64,000 nt of DNA, from positions 9,858,001-9,922,000 of the forward strand of contig CAIIXF020000001.1 in the NCBI GenBank assembly GCA_903813345.2. Reading direction: 5' to 3'. Below, piece by piece: positions 45,746-61,800 of this stretch (position 1 is its first letter; every line of letters begins with the position of its first letter). The notes under the pieces are model-generated. The model ran no database searches. It worked only from the letters and a program-made list of their open reading frames with translations, and had not been told where the DNA came from. A program made the position numbers and the translations under genes. This stretch comes from Owenia fusiformis. Its lineage: Eukaryota.

Positions 45746-46898
45746 TGTATTCCCACAGCCTTATATGGTGCCGAGCTTTGGTATGAAATGACAAAAACAC
45801 AAACACTCCAGCTTGAGAAAGGTCTCAGATTCATCGCTAAAACGCTGCAAGATCAATCCAAATGGACAAGAACAGACTTAACTTTAGGAATGCTTGGTCT
45901 AAACAACATTGAATCAATGATAGATAGTAAAAAATTACTCTTTTTAGGACGCCTTATACATCTGAAGCACACTCATTTGGCGAAACGTGTGTTTCTTACC
46001 AGACTACATTTAAATGAGATGTCCCCTTCCCAGAAGGGGTTTATTCCTGATATTCACAGAATATTAAATAAATACAGTCTAGATTCATTACGCGAATACT
46101 TAGCTAGTGGGTATTTTCCGCCACAAAGAATTTGGAAAAACATTGTAAAACATACAATAAATTCAGTACAAAACTCTGAATGGCAAGATAGAACTTCTAA
46201 TGATGTTAGTTTTAGTCGACTGAGACAAATACAAGATTCAATAGAACCGTGTCCACTTTGGAAACACTCAAAGGTCGTCCCTGGTCTGCTAAAGTTTGCC
46301 ACCGTAGCCTCAAAACTGTTAACAATCCCGTTAAGTAATGATGAAAACCTGTGTGAGCACTGTGGCGTGCTAACTCCGGATTCGGTTTCACATGGACTGT
46401 TGGATTGTTCCAAAACTGAAGATGCTCGCAATGAAATGCTACACAACTTAAGCGATGTCTTGAACCTTAACAGAATTGGGCTTAAGATAGAGTCGTTCAA
46501 AAAGGATTTTCGAGAAAACCCCTTTTGTGTGTCAGTGAAAGGCCTCTCCAGCTTATATTTTACAGACAATTCAAAAGTCTTGGCAATTCTCCTACCTTTC
46601 TTGTGTACTGTTGTAGAACTTTTAAATATTGATCTTACCACTCCATTTTAGAGTGATGCAAATATTTTTTAGAAATGTGACTTTCCACCACTGTTTGTGA
46701 TTTTTTAATATATACTTTACTACTTGTCATTGACATTTTAGATGTGGATTGTTCTTGTTGTTTTGTGTGTTTTTTGTTATTGTCTTAAATTTTTAGATGT
46801 GTTTTTATGTCGTTGTTTTTGGTTAATTTTCACTGTTGTGTTAAATGTTTAAATTTTTGTACTCCATGCTAAATGGGAAATAAAGAGATATAATAATA
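45746..46898 (+). mobile_element. 5'-truncated LINE (ORF2 C-terminal fragment 45788-46651 plus 3' UTR)
   Basis: In-frame upstream CIPTALYGAELW (post-RT P..LYG.E.W motif), C-terminal CEHC...H...C, GT-rich 3' UTR, AATAAA 46879-46884 and a (TAA)n-like tail. Confidence 0.8.
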
Positions 46899-47889
46899 AA
46901 ATCATTAAATATTGCAAGGTTTGAAACTTATGGCCATCTTATTGCTACTTACTAGTATTACACTGGCAATAAACATGAAAAACCTAATTTCTAATATTCC
47001 AATCATCTGATTACTGTACATGTATAGCTAAAAATTATGCCGAATGCAAAATTGAAATCAAAATCCATTTTTAAATTTTCCTAATTGTGAAAGGGGAAAA
47101 TGTTTAAGATTCATATTGTATACATTTGATTGTTTAATTTCGACTGACAGTCCCTAAACGTATACACTGAATACAGTAATGTTGTTCTATATTTCTAGCC
47201 TATTAAGTTGGACAATCACATTTTCAACCTTTAATCACTCACTGTGTTAATGTATAAACTTCTTATTCCATGATACATTTAACCGGTCTTACACTCCCCT
47301 CCATAGGTTTGGAAACCAGAAGTTTTCATTGGATAGCATGTATCAAAGCCTGACAATGTTTAAATCTTAATTTTATTCCTTAGTTACTAATAGTTATTTC
47401 ATACTTTTATTCCTCAATTCCTAATAGTTTGGAAATATGAAAAATTTGATGATTTTTTAAATCACCAAATAAAAAATAAATAAATGGTCTAAAAGGGGAT
47501 TTTAGTTACCAAACTTATGGGGGGTAGTGTAATATCCTCCCACACTAATCCTTCATATATTCAAACATAAGCGTACAATGTAGGTGGTTTAATTATTTAA
47601 CTAATTGATTATGTATTTGCCTTTGACATTTTTGACAGTAATGTATGCTGTGTAACATAACCTGCTGGATGAACTTTCTCTAATTAATACAAACCCGTCA
47701 ATAAGATACATAATCACGTCTGCTTTAAATTGTATCTAAGAATTAAATTATGCATTCAAGCAAATATTAACTGTCAGCTATTGTCTGGTTTGATATCTAA
47801 GAACACGTAGACCTAGCTATTAATCTTTCATTTATGAAACATTATTGGTTGAGCTGAACAATCTAGGGTCAAAAGAATGAAATCATGTA

Positions 47890-48210
47890 TCCAAGGGTTT
47901 AAATGTACCATTTGAAAGGCAGATGAAATAAGCTGACAAGGACCTTATAAGTTAGACAATATACTCTCATGGATTTTTGAATGACATGTATTTTATTGTA
48001 AAATGGATTTGGAGGTAAAAGTTCCCTTCATACTTCTGGACCCTATGACATTACAACTTAAATATTTCAGAATTTTGAACAATTTGAATCCATCAGACAC
48101 ACATATACAATAAAGACATAAACTGTCATATAACCATCCAGCATTTATCATCTTCCAAGGAATTTGTTTCCGACTCATTATCCTTTCAAATGGTACATTC
48201 AAACCGTGGA
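47890..48210. mobile_element. MITE-like element with imperfect ~36-bp inverted ends
   Basis: ggtttaaatgtaccatttgaaagg (47896-) / cctttcaaatggtacattcaaacc (48182-). Confidence 0.5.
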
Positions 48211-49892
48211 ATATTCATAAATACACTTTAAACAAATTACAAACAAATGAGATTATTTTAAGTTCACACATTTATTTCAAAATCTACTATACATTCATGA
48301 TCACTACGAGGTGTAAACAATAAAACAGCATTAACAAACTAAAGAAAAAAATGACTATAAATAAATTGATATCCCTTCTTACAATGCAAGCAAGCTTGTA
48401 ATCTCCATTACAATATTTCCATTACAATATTTCCATTACAATATCTCAGCCCTGGTGGCTTAACAAACAATACTGGAATCCATCATAACAAATATCAGTC
48501 ATACCAAATAAATTCATTATGAAACCTTCTGAATAAAATTTAATGAATAAAATCTATAAATAAATTGTTATGTACATGATTGAAGTCAATTTAACACACT
48601 TGTTAGGTTGATAAAAAAGTGACTGTGTAAAGATTTACGGTTGATGTTTAAAAGAATGAAATTCAAACTCGCTACGACCAATGCTTACATTTCAAGGCAA
48701 AAGGCCTTATGGACGGAGTGTTTTGCATTGGCAACTAAACTACAGTGTTCAAATATACAGTTCAGACTATCTATATCTGAGATCAGTTACTTTAGAGTAC
48801 AAGTGATTCGTGTAAAATATGAGTTAGAATATCAGCAAACTTATGTAAAAATCTATCACTTTGGTATGCATTGTTTTGTGGCCTGGTGAATTCTGTGAAA
48901 AACATAATTTTTCAGAATTATATTCTAACACTTTGTGACAAGATGCTCCATGACCCAATCACGATCACACTTCTAAATAATTCTGTGGCGATACAATGCT
49001 GGCCAAATTGTTACAAAATATTGTGAAACTCATTTATATATAATATACTTATTAAATATGTATACATTTTGATATATATTGATCTCTTTAGCACACATTA
49101 TTATCTGGAAATACAATCAAAGATTTATTTCATTGGCAGAGGGCCAGACTCCATTAAACAATATGGTCAATATTCACCCTCCTAACAGGGTTATAGGTTT
49201 GCTATGATCTCTTCACTGTAGTAAAATAAGGAATGCTGACTGTAACAACCACTTGCATAGGAGTCCTCACAGGGGTAGAATTCATTTCAATTCATTCAAT
49301 GACTGGGACTGAATGACAAAATTGTCATTTTAAAGTGGTACAAGAACAATTTAGCCATTCAATCAAGACCACATTTCAAGGCTGAGTATTTCATGCTTTA
49401 AAGCACAAGTATTTTACCAATTAATGTTTTTGTGAGGCGGACTTGTTTCAATATTTATATTTACAGTTTTAAAATATAAAATTGCCAACTTGACTGTGGT
49501 TGTACACTGAGCTTGTATCCATAGAAACCATGATGAGCTTGTATCCATGGCAGTGCTGGCTGATACTTAAACCAATGTGTAGATATTAAATATCAATTCA
49601 TATACATCATATCTTTAAATAATTTACAATCCAGTGAGGATAAAGGATGCGAAGTGAAGCCTTCTACCCTGTATCTAGTTCTCTATCTGTTGCTATATAT
49701 AATTTACATACGCATCCTTCATCCCCTCTTACAATACTATATAGTACATTGAGTATGATATTTCATATAGCCTAGGTCAATGTGTGGTTATCTGATGGAC
49801 TCCACCACAATCTCTATAACACTAGTCCATATCTTGACACTAGGAGAATAGATGGCAGTGTAATTATGCTGCTTGGTCAATAGATGTCCTCA

Positions 49893-52800
49893 TTACTTCT
49901 TGCGGCCCTTGATTGGGCTAGGACTGGGTCGGAATGATGAGGCCATGCTGCCTCTGGATGGAGTAGAGGTCACTCGAGACAATCTGATTGGGGAGGAGCT
50001 GCGGGTAGGGGAACGACGCCTGGGAGACAAGCGACTGGGAGAGGTTCGAATACTGGTATGGAAATCAACTGTATCGTCAAGTTTACGGGTCTCATGTTCC
50101 ATCAAAATGGGGTCTAGAGTTGGGTCTCTGGTGACATTGCCCAAGGACATATCCAGGGCTCCACGAATGCTTTTGATTTCTTCCCCAGTCCTGCCGCTGC
50201 GGGAGATAAACTGTTGACGTTTGTGCATCTCCTGATTTAGTTGGTCTTTGAGTGTGGAGATCTGGAATATACACAAATGATTATTCATTTCAAAAATATC
50301 AGAGGACCATCCATTCCATGTTTACTTTTTTGACATTTTACTGTCAATTTTATATCACTGAGTACTATACGTAAATACTGATTTATTTAATACCTGAAGG
50401 TACAAGTTTTCATTGTAAAGTCACATTGTAGTTATGGTATTTGATATTTATGTTTTTACCTGTTCTTCGAGTCCTTTGACTCTCTGTCTGTGTGCACGTT
50501 CACGAGCCTCTAAGGTACGCTCAGCTTGGAGTTGACCAGTACGTAGTCTCTCTGTTTCCATTTCAGTCTCTGTTCTGTGACGTGTGGTCAAGTCAATGAG
50601 TCTAAAGGGAAAACAAAATTATTAGATAACTTTGATACCTGAATCCATGTAATTCTCTCACATTACATGAGTATCTGTACAAGCATCTTCCTGGCCTCCC
50701 AACTTCGCTCTCTCATATTTCAATGCTAATAAAAGCGATTTTTTGTCATTGGTATTTCATGGTACAGTACTTATTATACATACAGGCAATAAGTGCTCAC
50801 TATATAAATAGCCCAGGACTATGGGGATACATACCTCTGTGCATGTTGTTGCTCAGTCTCTGCTAGTTGTGCCTCTAGACTTTGTAGTCTACGCTGCAGT
50901 TCCATGTTGTCTTCCTCAAGGCGAGACAGGTTGGTATCCAAGGATGATTTCTCCATGACAGAGCGGCTGGCAATCTCCTCAGTTCTTAGTTTTTCACGCT
51001 CAACCTGAAATAATAGTACATGTATATCATTTTAACATGCACAATATACAATGAATTTTGATGTTTTATGAATAAACACTGACACTTTACTAAACAAAAA
51101 CTTTGCAGAATTGTTAATTTAAGTTATAAGTTATTGATACACTCTTCATTGCATCAATCCCCACAGTATATGATTCAATCTGTGCTTTCATTTATCAACA
51201 ATGTCACCTCTGCAATTAATATATTCAAAACTGCAAACAACTATTACCTTATCCAAAGTCTTCTTGAGAGCGCTCTTGTCCTTCTCAAATCGAACAATAC
51301 CATGTTCTAGTTCACGCTTTTCATTCTCAGCCGCTGACAGGGCCCTCTGTAGAGCAGCTGTGCGTTCAGTTAGGGACTGGTTCTTACTTTGCATTTTGTT
51401 CAACTTCTGTTGTAATTCCTGTTCAGTCTCTTGTCTCTGTACTATCACCTGTTAGTATAGTATACATATAATACATTGGAACTCATTGGACTAATGTGTA
51501 TATTAAACACATGGGGACAAATTGAACATTTTGATATGTTAAATTACATGGTAAAGTTAAAAGAATGTGGGTATGTGTAATAACATAATCTATATGTTCT
51601 GAAAAAATGAGAGGGATTTGTAAAAAAAAAATCACAAAATGAGAGCATTTTTATCAGAATATATGGATCGCCCCTTGTATACAGGTGGAACCACATTGAA
51701 TTTCTGTAATATATTTCGCTTATACTATATCTTATACATTTACTTTTCATGAATATAATGTTGTCATTTGGCTGTTCTTGTTTATGTACTTACACTGTGT
51801 GACTGCCTGACTTGGCCTTCTAGCTCATTGCGCCTGACTTCACTATCTCCGAGCTCATTCTGCATAGCTTGGACACGCTCCATTAGATTATGGTTCTGTT
51901 TCTTAGCTTCGTTGGATGCTTGCCTGTAGATCAACACAAAAAATTAGTTGACAATAAAATTGTCTAAAAATTAACCCGATTCTAATTTGGGACTTAGAAT
52001 GTCTCTTATCTTATAATGTTACACTCTGTCCATTGGACCTTTAAATAAGTTCCTTTGACATGAATCTCTCATAATTTTCCACAACAATTTTCACTTGTTT
52101 ATTTTATGATGAACTATTATAACATATCATTTGTGGCTATGTTAATGTAAGTAAACTAAATGAACTGGGGTTTTACCTTGCAGCATCCAGTCTCTCAGTG
52201 AGTACTCTACGATCATGTTCACTGCTTGTAAGTGCACGTTGTAGCTGTTGCTGACGCTCCTGGAGCTCATGGATTGTGGAACTCTGGTCAGTCAGTGAGA
52301 TGTTTAATGCTTGTACCTAGAAGTGGAAATACACACATATTTAATTCATGATATCAGTCATTTTATAAATATTCACTTGCATAATGTACCCCTTACCTGA
52401 TTATTTTGTTTGTACTGTATATTTAAATGGTAGCTGATGCTAATATAGCACCTGTCAAAATAGTAACTGATGATACGTATAAAGCTATTCATTCTAATAT
52501 ATATTTATGTTAATATTACCATATTTAGATAAATCATAAACAATATTTTTTCATATTTACCTTATCTTTCTGTTGGCTTTCTTCCTCCTCAGTCTTGGCC
52601 AATGCCAGGCTGAGTCTGTCAATGGTCAGTTGCAGAGACTGGCTCTTGCCCTCTAAGTCTTGTACCTGCTTGCCAAGGTTATCTACTCTGTCTGCCAACA
52701 CCTGGTTCTCTGTCTCCTTGTCTGTCAGGACCAGCTTCATACGTTGCATGTCACCTTCTAGCGATCGTCTGGTTAATTCAAGTTTGGTGCATCTGTTCTC

Positions 52801-55800
52801 AGCATCTTCTAAAGCAATGCGGAGTTGTTTCTTGTCCTCCTCTAGTCTGGCTTCATTCTGTTTTTGCTTCGACATCTTCTCCTGAAGTAAGAAAGAAAAT
52901 GTTTTAGGATTGAGTTTCATTACCTTATATTAATGTACAACCTCAGATGTGAGCAAGCATGTATAGTGAATTTGAATTTACCACCTGCTTATGCCATAAG
53001 ATTCACCCTTTTGTTTCATCAAAATATTAGAAAAATGCTAAGTAGTAGTAGGGAATTACCACATTTCTTAATGGTTATTTGAGTTGATATTCACTTTTAT
53101 ATACAGAGCATTCATACAATTGAACTTACAGCCATCTGTCTCTTTTCTGAGTCCTGAGTTGCAATGTTGCGTTCTAGAGTGCTGATCTTATCAGCCATTC
53201 CCTTTCGTTCCCTTTCGTTCCTTCTGATTGTCTCTTCCTGGAGCATGAGGGCAGTCTGGGCACTGGCCAGCCTTCCATCAATACCACGCTTATCCTCCTC
53301 AACCTCACCCAGAGATTTCTGTAGGTTTTGTAGACGTCCTTCTGTTCTGTCTCTGTCTTCCTCCATCTCTCTAAGCTGCATGGTTAGGCTGCGTGCCTGA
53401 GAGACTGCGTCATCTCGTTCACGTTCAGCACCAGCAAGCTGTTGGACGAAGTCACGGAGGGCCAAACGGACAGATTCTGGGTCAATGTCGGTGAAATCGG
53501 AACTTGTTTCATTGAGTGTGTTGTTCATGGTTCTGGATGGTGACATGCTACGCATGGGGCTTCGTGCACGATCTGGAGAGCCAGTGCGGGGAATAGGGCT
53601 GCCACGACCATCAGTTGTTGTACTGAATGTATTTTCAAAACCTGCAATCAAAAATGGGAATAATCATTCATATGCATAAAATGTATTTATCAGTGTATAG
53701 AAAAACAAAAATATTTCTCTGGTACTGTAATGTATATACCATTGAGGATTTACTGACCAAATAACTATTGCAATGTATTGCTTACTAAAAATTATTAAGA
53801 AATACAGGTTTTAACAAGTTCCTGATACTGACCTTTAGTTGGTGAGCTGGGCCTAGATCTTGATCTCCTAGGACTGGGGCTACGTGTACGCAGAGGACTA
53901 GCAGCTCTTGGCATATCCTGTCTGAAGCCAATAGTACGCCGCAGGCTTGAGTGAATACTGTTAAGTTTAAATTCAACATCACGTTTGGCACCCTCAATTC
54001 TGGCAAGCTGGGCTTCCAGGCCGTTAATTCGGCCTTCAGCACCACTTAGTTTCAGACGCAAGTCTGCTAGTTCAGTATTAGCATTGTCCAGTGCAATCTC
54101 AAGATTACGCTTATTGTCCTCAAGTTTGCGTTCATTGCGCATTTTGTCCTCAAGAGCCATGGTGAAGTCCTTCTCCCTGAGTCTGACCTCATCTTCAAAC
54201 TCACCAAACTTGCGCTGTAAGTTGGCCAGCTCTTTACGGAGTGCCTCTCTACTGGCTTCAGTCTCTACAACCTGGAATCATCAACAGAATTCATAAGGTA
54301 AACTGATGTTAAAAGTGACCAAATCACGGTCAAAATATTTTCTCATATATATATTTTGTAAATCAAATATCTTTGTGCTTCAAATACTATATGAATATAT
54401 TTTCTTCAATTAAAGAAATATATGCAAATATCTATAGTTTTTACGTAGTATAAGTGAAATCATGAAAAAACATTTACCCTCTGTTTGAGGCCAAATGATT
54501 CTCTTCTTGCTTCCTCTTCCTTCTCTTCATCTCTACTGACTCTGTTCTGGAGATCATCAACCTCTTTGCCAAGCTTATTACGCTCTCCATCAAGCATCTT
54601 GACTTGACGGCGTAATTCTTGAAGCTCGCGGCGTGCATCTAGACGTGCCTTCTCAACTTCCCTGAGGCTTCCACGTAGATCTGAGGCCTCCTTTTGTACA
54701 CCAGTCTTCTGCTCTTCAAGGACTGAAATGTTCAATGTATTGTTGGTGTTACACAGTTTATTGTCATCACCAATCCACTTGATTTTTAATACTGAGGTGT
54801 ATTAACTTTATATGATTGTCAATTGGAAGATTGTATTCTGTAATGCTATCAATGTTTATAGAATAATCCATAGTAGTTGATCTACTTAACAATGATAAAC
54901 TTGACAATTATCTATATAAGAAGATAACAGGAGATTAAGAGATATAATTTGTTCAAGGTAATAGATAGACCAAAACTAGTTGATAATTTAAACCAACAAT
55001 TAACAATTTGAAATACCATTAAAAACACCTTTGATTCACAAATCAATTTCCACAAATTATGAATTTCTAATATTTTGTGCCATAATAAATATTTCAGAGT
55101 TATACCCATTGAAATCAATGGTGAAATAATTCAATAGCAACATGTAATTAAGTTGAAAATGACCATGTTTTAAAGTGTTATTCTGTACTTACTAGCAATT
55201 CTCTGTCTAGCATCTTGGATAACTCTGTTAAGTTCAACTTTCTCACTCTCAGTTTTCTTAACCTTGGACCTAAGCTCTTCTCCAGTCTTCTGTGATGCAT
55301 CTTTTTCACGAATCTCATCATTCAGGTTGCGTTTCAACTCGCTAATCTCTTTACGCATCAGTTCTTTGTGTTCATCACTCTCACGGATCTTGCGATTTGC
55401 CTCAATGAGATCACGACGGATGGAGTCCCTTGTTTCTTCCACCATTTTGAGTTGTACTTTCAGTTCAGCAACTTCCATGTTGGCACTGTCACGACTGCGT
55501 GTCAGGTCTACGATCTGGATGTTTAGGTTTTTCAGTTCATTGTCATGTGCAGCACTGAAATCAAAAAATTATTTTTCCATAAAATTTTATTACGTAGAAG
55601 TGATAGATGAGCGTACATGTATACTATTCCCAAAGCATCCCAGAAAGTATCCCAGAAAATTATTTATTCAAGTTTTTAAATTCTTGTAAAATTCTCATAA
55701 AAGGTACGTACAATGTCATTTAAATATAGAAAAGAAATAAATATAAAATAATGCAACATGGTTTCTTGAAAAACTATTTATTTCTAATTAAAAGAAAGCT

Positions 55801-58800
55801 TCAAACTCTTACGTTGCCTCTTCAAACTGTGTCCTGAATTTCTTGAGCTCAGCTTGTACATTGTTGATGGTGCTTCGATCTTGTTCTGTGCGGGTGTTAC
55901 TCTCACGCTTGAGGCCTTCATATTCTACCCTCGAGTTGTTTAGATCAGAGGCAGTGTTAGCCAATTTCTCTTGTAAGGTGCTGCGTTCCTGTTCAGCCAA
56001 TGAGAGTGCCTGTTGCTTCTCATTCTCCATCAGCAGTAGAGAGTCGTCACGTTCACGCTGGAGGTTAATGATGTCATTGTCCAGTTCTTCCTTTTCTCTC
56101 TGGGCCTTGGCGATAATCTCATCACGCTCCATTGTGTAGTTGTGGATCAGCTCCTCACGCTGGGCCTCCATGTCAAGTCTCTGGCTCTCCTGGAGAACAA
56201 AGTTGATATTTCAATGCCGATTATGCATGAACTGGATTTTAATGAACTTCTTTGTACAAATGTAGATGCTTAATCATAGTGAATACAACAAACAGCATAT
56301 ATCACAATAATTGAAATCAAAAATTAAATTTAAGCTCTGCAATTCTATAATGAGTTTACCTTTTCTCTGGAGAGACGTTCAATATCTTCCTCATGAGATG
56401 TTTGTTCTTGCTTGAGAGCCATCTGAAGGTCTTGCTCGGTATTAGAGAGTTTCTGACTGATGCTTTCTTTTTGTCGCTCTAGTTTCTCTACCTCGACTTC
56501 CATCTCTTTGTGCAGACGAACAATATCAGCTACAAGAACAAATGCAGTATGGTTAATAACCCATCTGGATTTCTCCAAACAATTCAGTTAAACGTGAAGC
56601 AAACATTAATGCACCTATAATCTATCAGATATGTATTAATATAGACTTTTCTTATGGTAACTTGAATAACATATCCTTACCTTGGAGTGTCTCCTTCTTG
56701 AGGATCAGCTCTTGGTTCTCTCCCTCCAGCTGCTCTTTCCTGGTCTCTAGCTGTGCTGTGAGTTGTTGAGACTCATATAGAGCTGTCTCTAAGCTGTCCT
56801 TATCACTCTTAAGTCCAGCGATCACCTCACTCTGCACACGGTTCTCACGCTCAGAAGCTGTCAGTTGCACAGCTAGTTCAGCCTTATCCTTGGTGAGCTC
56901 TTCTTTCTCCTTAGCAATACGAACAACTGTCTCATTTTGGCGTTCAACTTCTTTACGGGCCTGAACCAGTTCCTCAGCCAGTGAAGTCTTCTGTCTTGTA
57001 ACCTAAAAAACATAAAATCTTGTTCATAAACTGAGTTACTGCACCTTAGATATATGATTGAGTTTAATTTCCCCTTCATCTTTACTTTCTTTGTATATTA
57101 AGTACAACAACCATCTTTAGATCCATGTTGGAAATTTCTCAGTCCCAAGCCATTTAAAAGTACAACTTACAGTGCTAAGCTGTTCCTGGATTTCAGCACG
57201 TTCTCTGTTATTCTCCATGATTTCTTGTTCAAGTTTCTCGCGACTCATCTCTGCATACTCAAGAGTCTGGTTGAGTCCAGCCTTCTCTGTGTCAAGGTCC
57301 ATCTTTTCAGTCTCAACTCGTAGGATCTCCTCCTTCAGGCCAGACTTCTCGAGCTCTAATGTCTGCTTCTCATTGGATATAGAAGCTCTGTCGGCCTCCA
57401 TCTGGAAATTGATACAATCATGAAATTTTCATACTTACTGTGTTTAGTAATAACTACGATATGTGATTAACTCTTCACACATAATACAGAGATTATCAGA
57501 AAATTCTTAATGGATCCACGAAATGATGAAACCCTACATACAAAACTAAAAGAGAGCTAAAATGTGAGCTTATTTATAGGGTAGAGCTTCACAAAATGGT
57601 TTCTCACTGTGAAATATTCTGTGTTTAAAAGAATCACTTACAGCCATGATGATCTTGTTGAGCTCCACTTTGTCTTGTCCCAATCCCTCATTGAGAGCCT
57701 GCATCTTGAGCAGTGCATCCCTGAGACTTGCCTCCTCAGTCTTAAGTTTGTTGATCTCAAGTTCAAGCTCAGCCTTCTGTAGTTCATTCCTGGATAGGGC
57801 CTCATCTATGAAAATAAAAGATTTATCAATAAACGATAATTTTTTTTTTAAATTGGCCCAATTTACTATACAGGTACTCAGTTTGTATATAGTTTTAAGT
57901 ACTATATTCTCATAGAGTAAAGGTTCTTTGACAGCACTTTTTCATTACTAAGACAAATCTGAAATTGCTTGCTTTTTCTCCATCAGCTCTGTTATATTTG
58001 TAATATAAATTCATTGGAAAACTTACTGAGCTCTCCCTTCTCATGATCAAGAACCTCTTTCTCCAACAGAGCTCTGTTGAGAGCCTCCTTAGCAGAGACC
58101 AGCTCTTCTTTCAGAGTAGAGTTCTTGCCTTCCAACTGCTCAATCACCTTGTGGCTGCAAGAACAGACCAAATATTTAATTATTTATGACAGGTCTATGT
58201 CCACCATCCAGCTTATAGAGTGCATGTAGATAGTTAAGAAAGATAACCTTCAATATTTCAGAGAAAGATCGACAGGAAAGTAAAAAATATGATTCTTTTA
58301 AAAATATCCAACACTGTATATAACATTTAAAGAAGCAAATCATTCATTCATCTTTGTATACTTACCATCTCTGGTTTTCGTTGATCTGCCTGTCCTTATC
58401 CTTGTTAATATCATCCTTCTCATCTTCCAAGTTGTCTCTCTGTCTCTGGAGCTCAGCATTAGCTGCCTGCAGCTTGCTGTTCTCCCCACTTATCTGATCA
58501 ATACGCTCATTCATTGTTGATCTCAGCTTCTCTAGATTGGATTTCTCACCAGATGTCAGGTTGAGGTTGTTCTTGTAGCGGTCTCTGTCGCGGAATGAGT
58601 CATCTCTATCACGACGTGCCGACTCCAACTCCTCTCTGTGGGCCATCACAGTGCTCTCCAGTGTTCTACGTTCAGCCTCAACATCATCTAGAGATTTCTT
58701 GAGTTTGTTGTTTTGGTCTTTGGTCGCATTAAGCTTAGCCTTGAACTCTTGTACTTGGAGTTGGCGTTTGTTTAATGCAGCCTGGACAGCGCTGAATGTG

Positions 58801-61800
58801 GAATCAGCAAAAGCTGGGGAGCGAGCGCGACGTGGAGACATAGAGCGAGTGCGAGATCTAGGACGAGGGGAGGTAGAGCGGAGTGGGGATGTGGATCGGA
58901 ATGATAGATCACCACCACCCACTTCTGTCTCCTCCTGCATTGACTGATCAGCATCCATAATGACAGCCTGAGCGATATCCCTGAGTGCTGCGTGCATGGA
59001 GTCGGTCTCCTCACGCAGGTTCTGCAGAGATTCACCCTCAATAGCATTCTCGCGGGATCTCTCAATGTTGGACACCTCAAGCTTGCTGAGATTGGCCTGC
59101 ATGTTGGAGATGGACTTGTCTTTCTCTGCAATCTGAATCTTTAGCTTCTCATTGTTCATGGTCAGCTCATTGACTCTGCAAGGGCAGAAACAGAAATGCA
59201 AATATAACATGATGGCATAGACAATTATATATACAGAGGCTGGTTCAGACATTATGCCAATACATTTTAATATAAATCTTGCTGTTCATGCTGAAATAAA
59301 ATAACTATTACCTCCAATAAACTATTTTCAAATAAAAATGTGATCTTATTTCAATCTTCTCAAACACTAGTTTTATTCAACTAAATTACTAAGATTACAA
59401 TTACTAACCTAGAATTCAGTTCAGCACTTTGTACATCAAACTTGGCCTGCAGTTCAATCACCTCTCGTACCTTCTCGCGAAGCTGGCTGTCAATGCTGTT
59501 ACGCTCACCACGCTCACGATCTTGAGATACCTAGAAGCAAGGCAAATAGTTCAAATACTTGCATTATAGAGTATTCACATCAGAATTTTACCATGAGAAT
59601 ATAAGAATACATTTTTTGCATTTTGAATCCTTTAAGTGAATTTCCATTGCACAACATTTATTGATATATTGAGCTGAATTTACCTGAGATTGTGTGTCTG
59701 AGTTGCGAGCATTGGCACCAAGGTTGAGACAGGCGGAATGCATGCTGCGGGAACAACGTGTGAAGTCAGCACGCATGTGAGCCATGTCACGCTCGGTTGC
59801 ACTCTTCATCTCTCCAAATTGGCGACGGAAAGCAACGACAGCGCGCCACAGAGATAGCAGACGGCCATGCTCAGCACTGAAGTATTCATTGAAGGACTGA
59901 AATTCAAAATTTAAATAAACATGAAGTGACATTTAGAATTACATCACAAGACTTGTTTGTATTTGATATTATACTACTATGACATCTGAGTGTACATATT
60001 TACACTGGGAAAACAATTTTGCAGTAACAAGGTCGGACATGACTCCAGACCACGCTTCAGACGTTGACAAATAATGTTTTAATAAACGACAAGCACTTCA
60101 TATACAAACACTAGATTATCGATGAACATTGTTTGATTTGCACTTGTTCCAATATTATGATGTAACCTTTAAACGTCAAGACAATACCTATTAGGCATAG
60201 ATCAACAGCGAAGTGTTGACTGTGAGTTCACCCTTGTTTTACCTGGTTGCTCTATTAACATATTTAGCTAACCATTGTTAAAACAACATTTAGTTCATTG
60301 ATTGTCAACCTATTGTTACATGAGCGTTCCTGACAGGAAATCAATACATGATATACATGTCAGGCAATGTAGAAAAGTGAACTGGTGCAAAGATATTCAG
60401 ATTGGGGTATTTTTAATATAAGGTACTTCAGTGAACTTGAAAATCAATGATCCAAATATTTCTTTGATTTGTGGTTGTACAATCCACTGATAGAGCATCA
60501 GTCTCCTCAAGGAGAATGTTGTAAACTTTGAACTGGAAGTCATTTGACATCATGTGAATGCAATTTTATTTAATAGAGCTCACCCCTGGTATTATCAAAT
60601 GTGATAGAGCTTTGTTAAATGATGATGATGAGAAGCATTCATTTTTAAGATTCTCACCTGTTCTTCATCCCTCCATTCAGCCTCCTTGGCCTCCAATTCT
60701 TCCCTTGCATACTGCCAATCCTGGGTGAGCTTGTGGATGTCAGCTGTGAGGGACTGGTTGGCGGCAGTAGCCTGATCCAGTTGTTCACGTAACATAGAGT
60801 TAACATGGGCCAGACTGGCACTCCTACAAAGAGCAATTGAAGCATCAGGGATATGCCAGGTCCCTCCATATGTCATTTATGGGCTTATATTGGCACAATT
60901 TCATTTCTGGGGACTGAAGGTTGTTGAAGGCGATAAAATTACATTTGCAAAAAGTGTTTTTTTAACTATTTAGGAATAATTTATTTTCATCAATTTGATC
61001 AATTTACATTTTGACAAAACAATAAATATTCATCTTTGCAAAGTTACATAACTTGAAAATACAATGTCTAATTTTCGTGAAAAGCAAAAATTGGCATTTT
61101 TCTTAGATTTGAATATATCATGACAGCTCCTTGCAATCAATTATCACCCTTTATGTTTGCAATGAAATATTCAAATACAAAACCCTTGATAATAACTGTC
61201 TTTTCAAGTGAAAACAATAAATTAGTTAACGCAAATTGTTTTATTAGTCAAACCATGCAATAAACTGATGATAAATCAATCTTGCAATTAATTACACAAT
61301 AACCATTCATAAGGTTCAGCACATTGTCAAACACATACAAATTTCAATGTTAATTTGAAGTGTGTGTAATCTTATCAGTGGTAGGGGGTTGAGTAATCAA
61401 ATAAGTGAATTGATGGGATCCTGGGGATTTGTATTAACAAAATGTGTGAATCAATTATTCAATACAGAACACCCAAGTCTTTTTAACAGTGCTATACGAA
61501 TCAAAATAATAACTGTGTGAATTCTTGTAAATTTTGTCCAGTAAAGTGCAGAACCAAAAGAAACAATGGCCAAATGGGTTATGTACTAATAGATGAAGGA
61601 AGCTTTGCCTCAATTTGGGAACATTTTGAATCTGTATATTAGACTTTCCATGTAATTGTTTTCTGGAACATTTCATGCAGGGACTCGGAGTATAGGGTAA
61701 AACCACACATTTCACAATCTTAATACAATACTTTGTGCATTCTCTTATAATACAGCTTCAGAACCAATTTCACTCTCAGAGTGACACACAACTGAAACTA

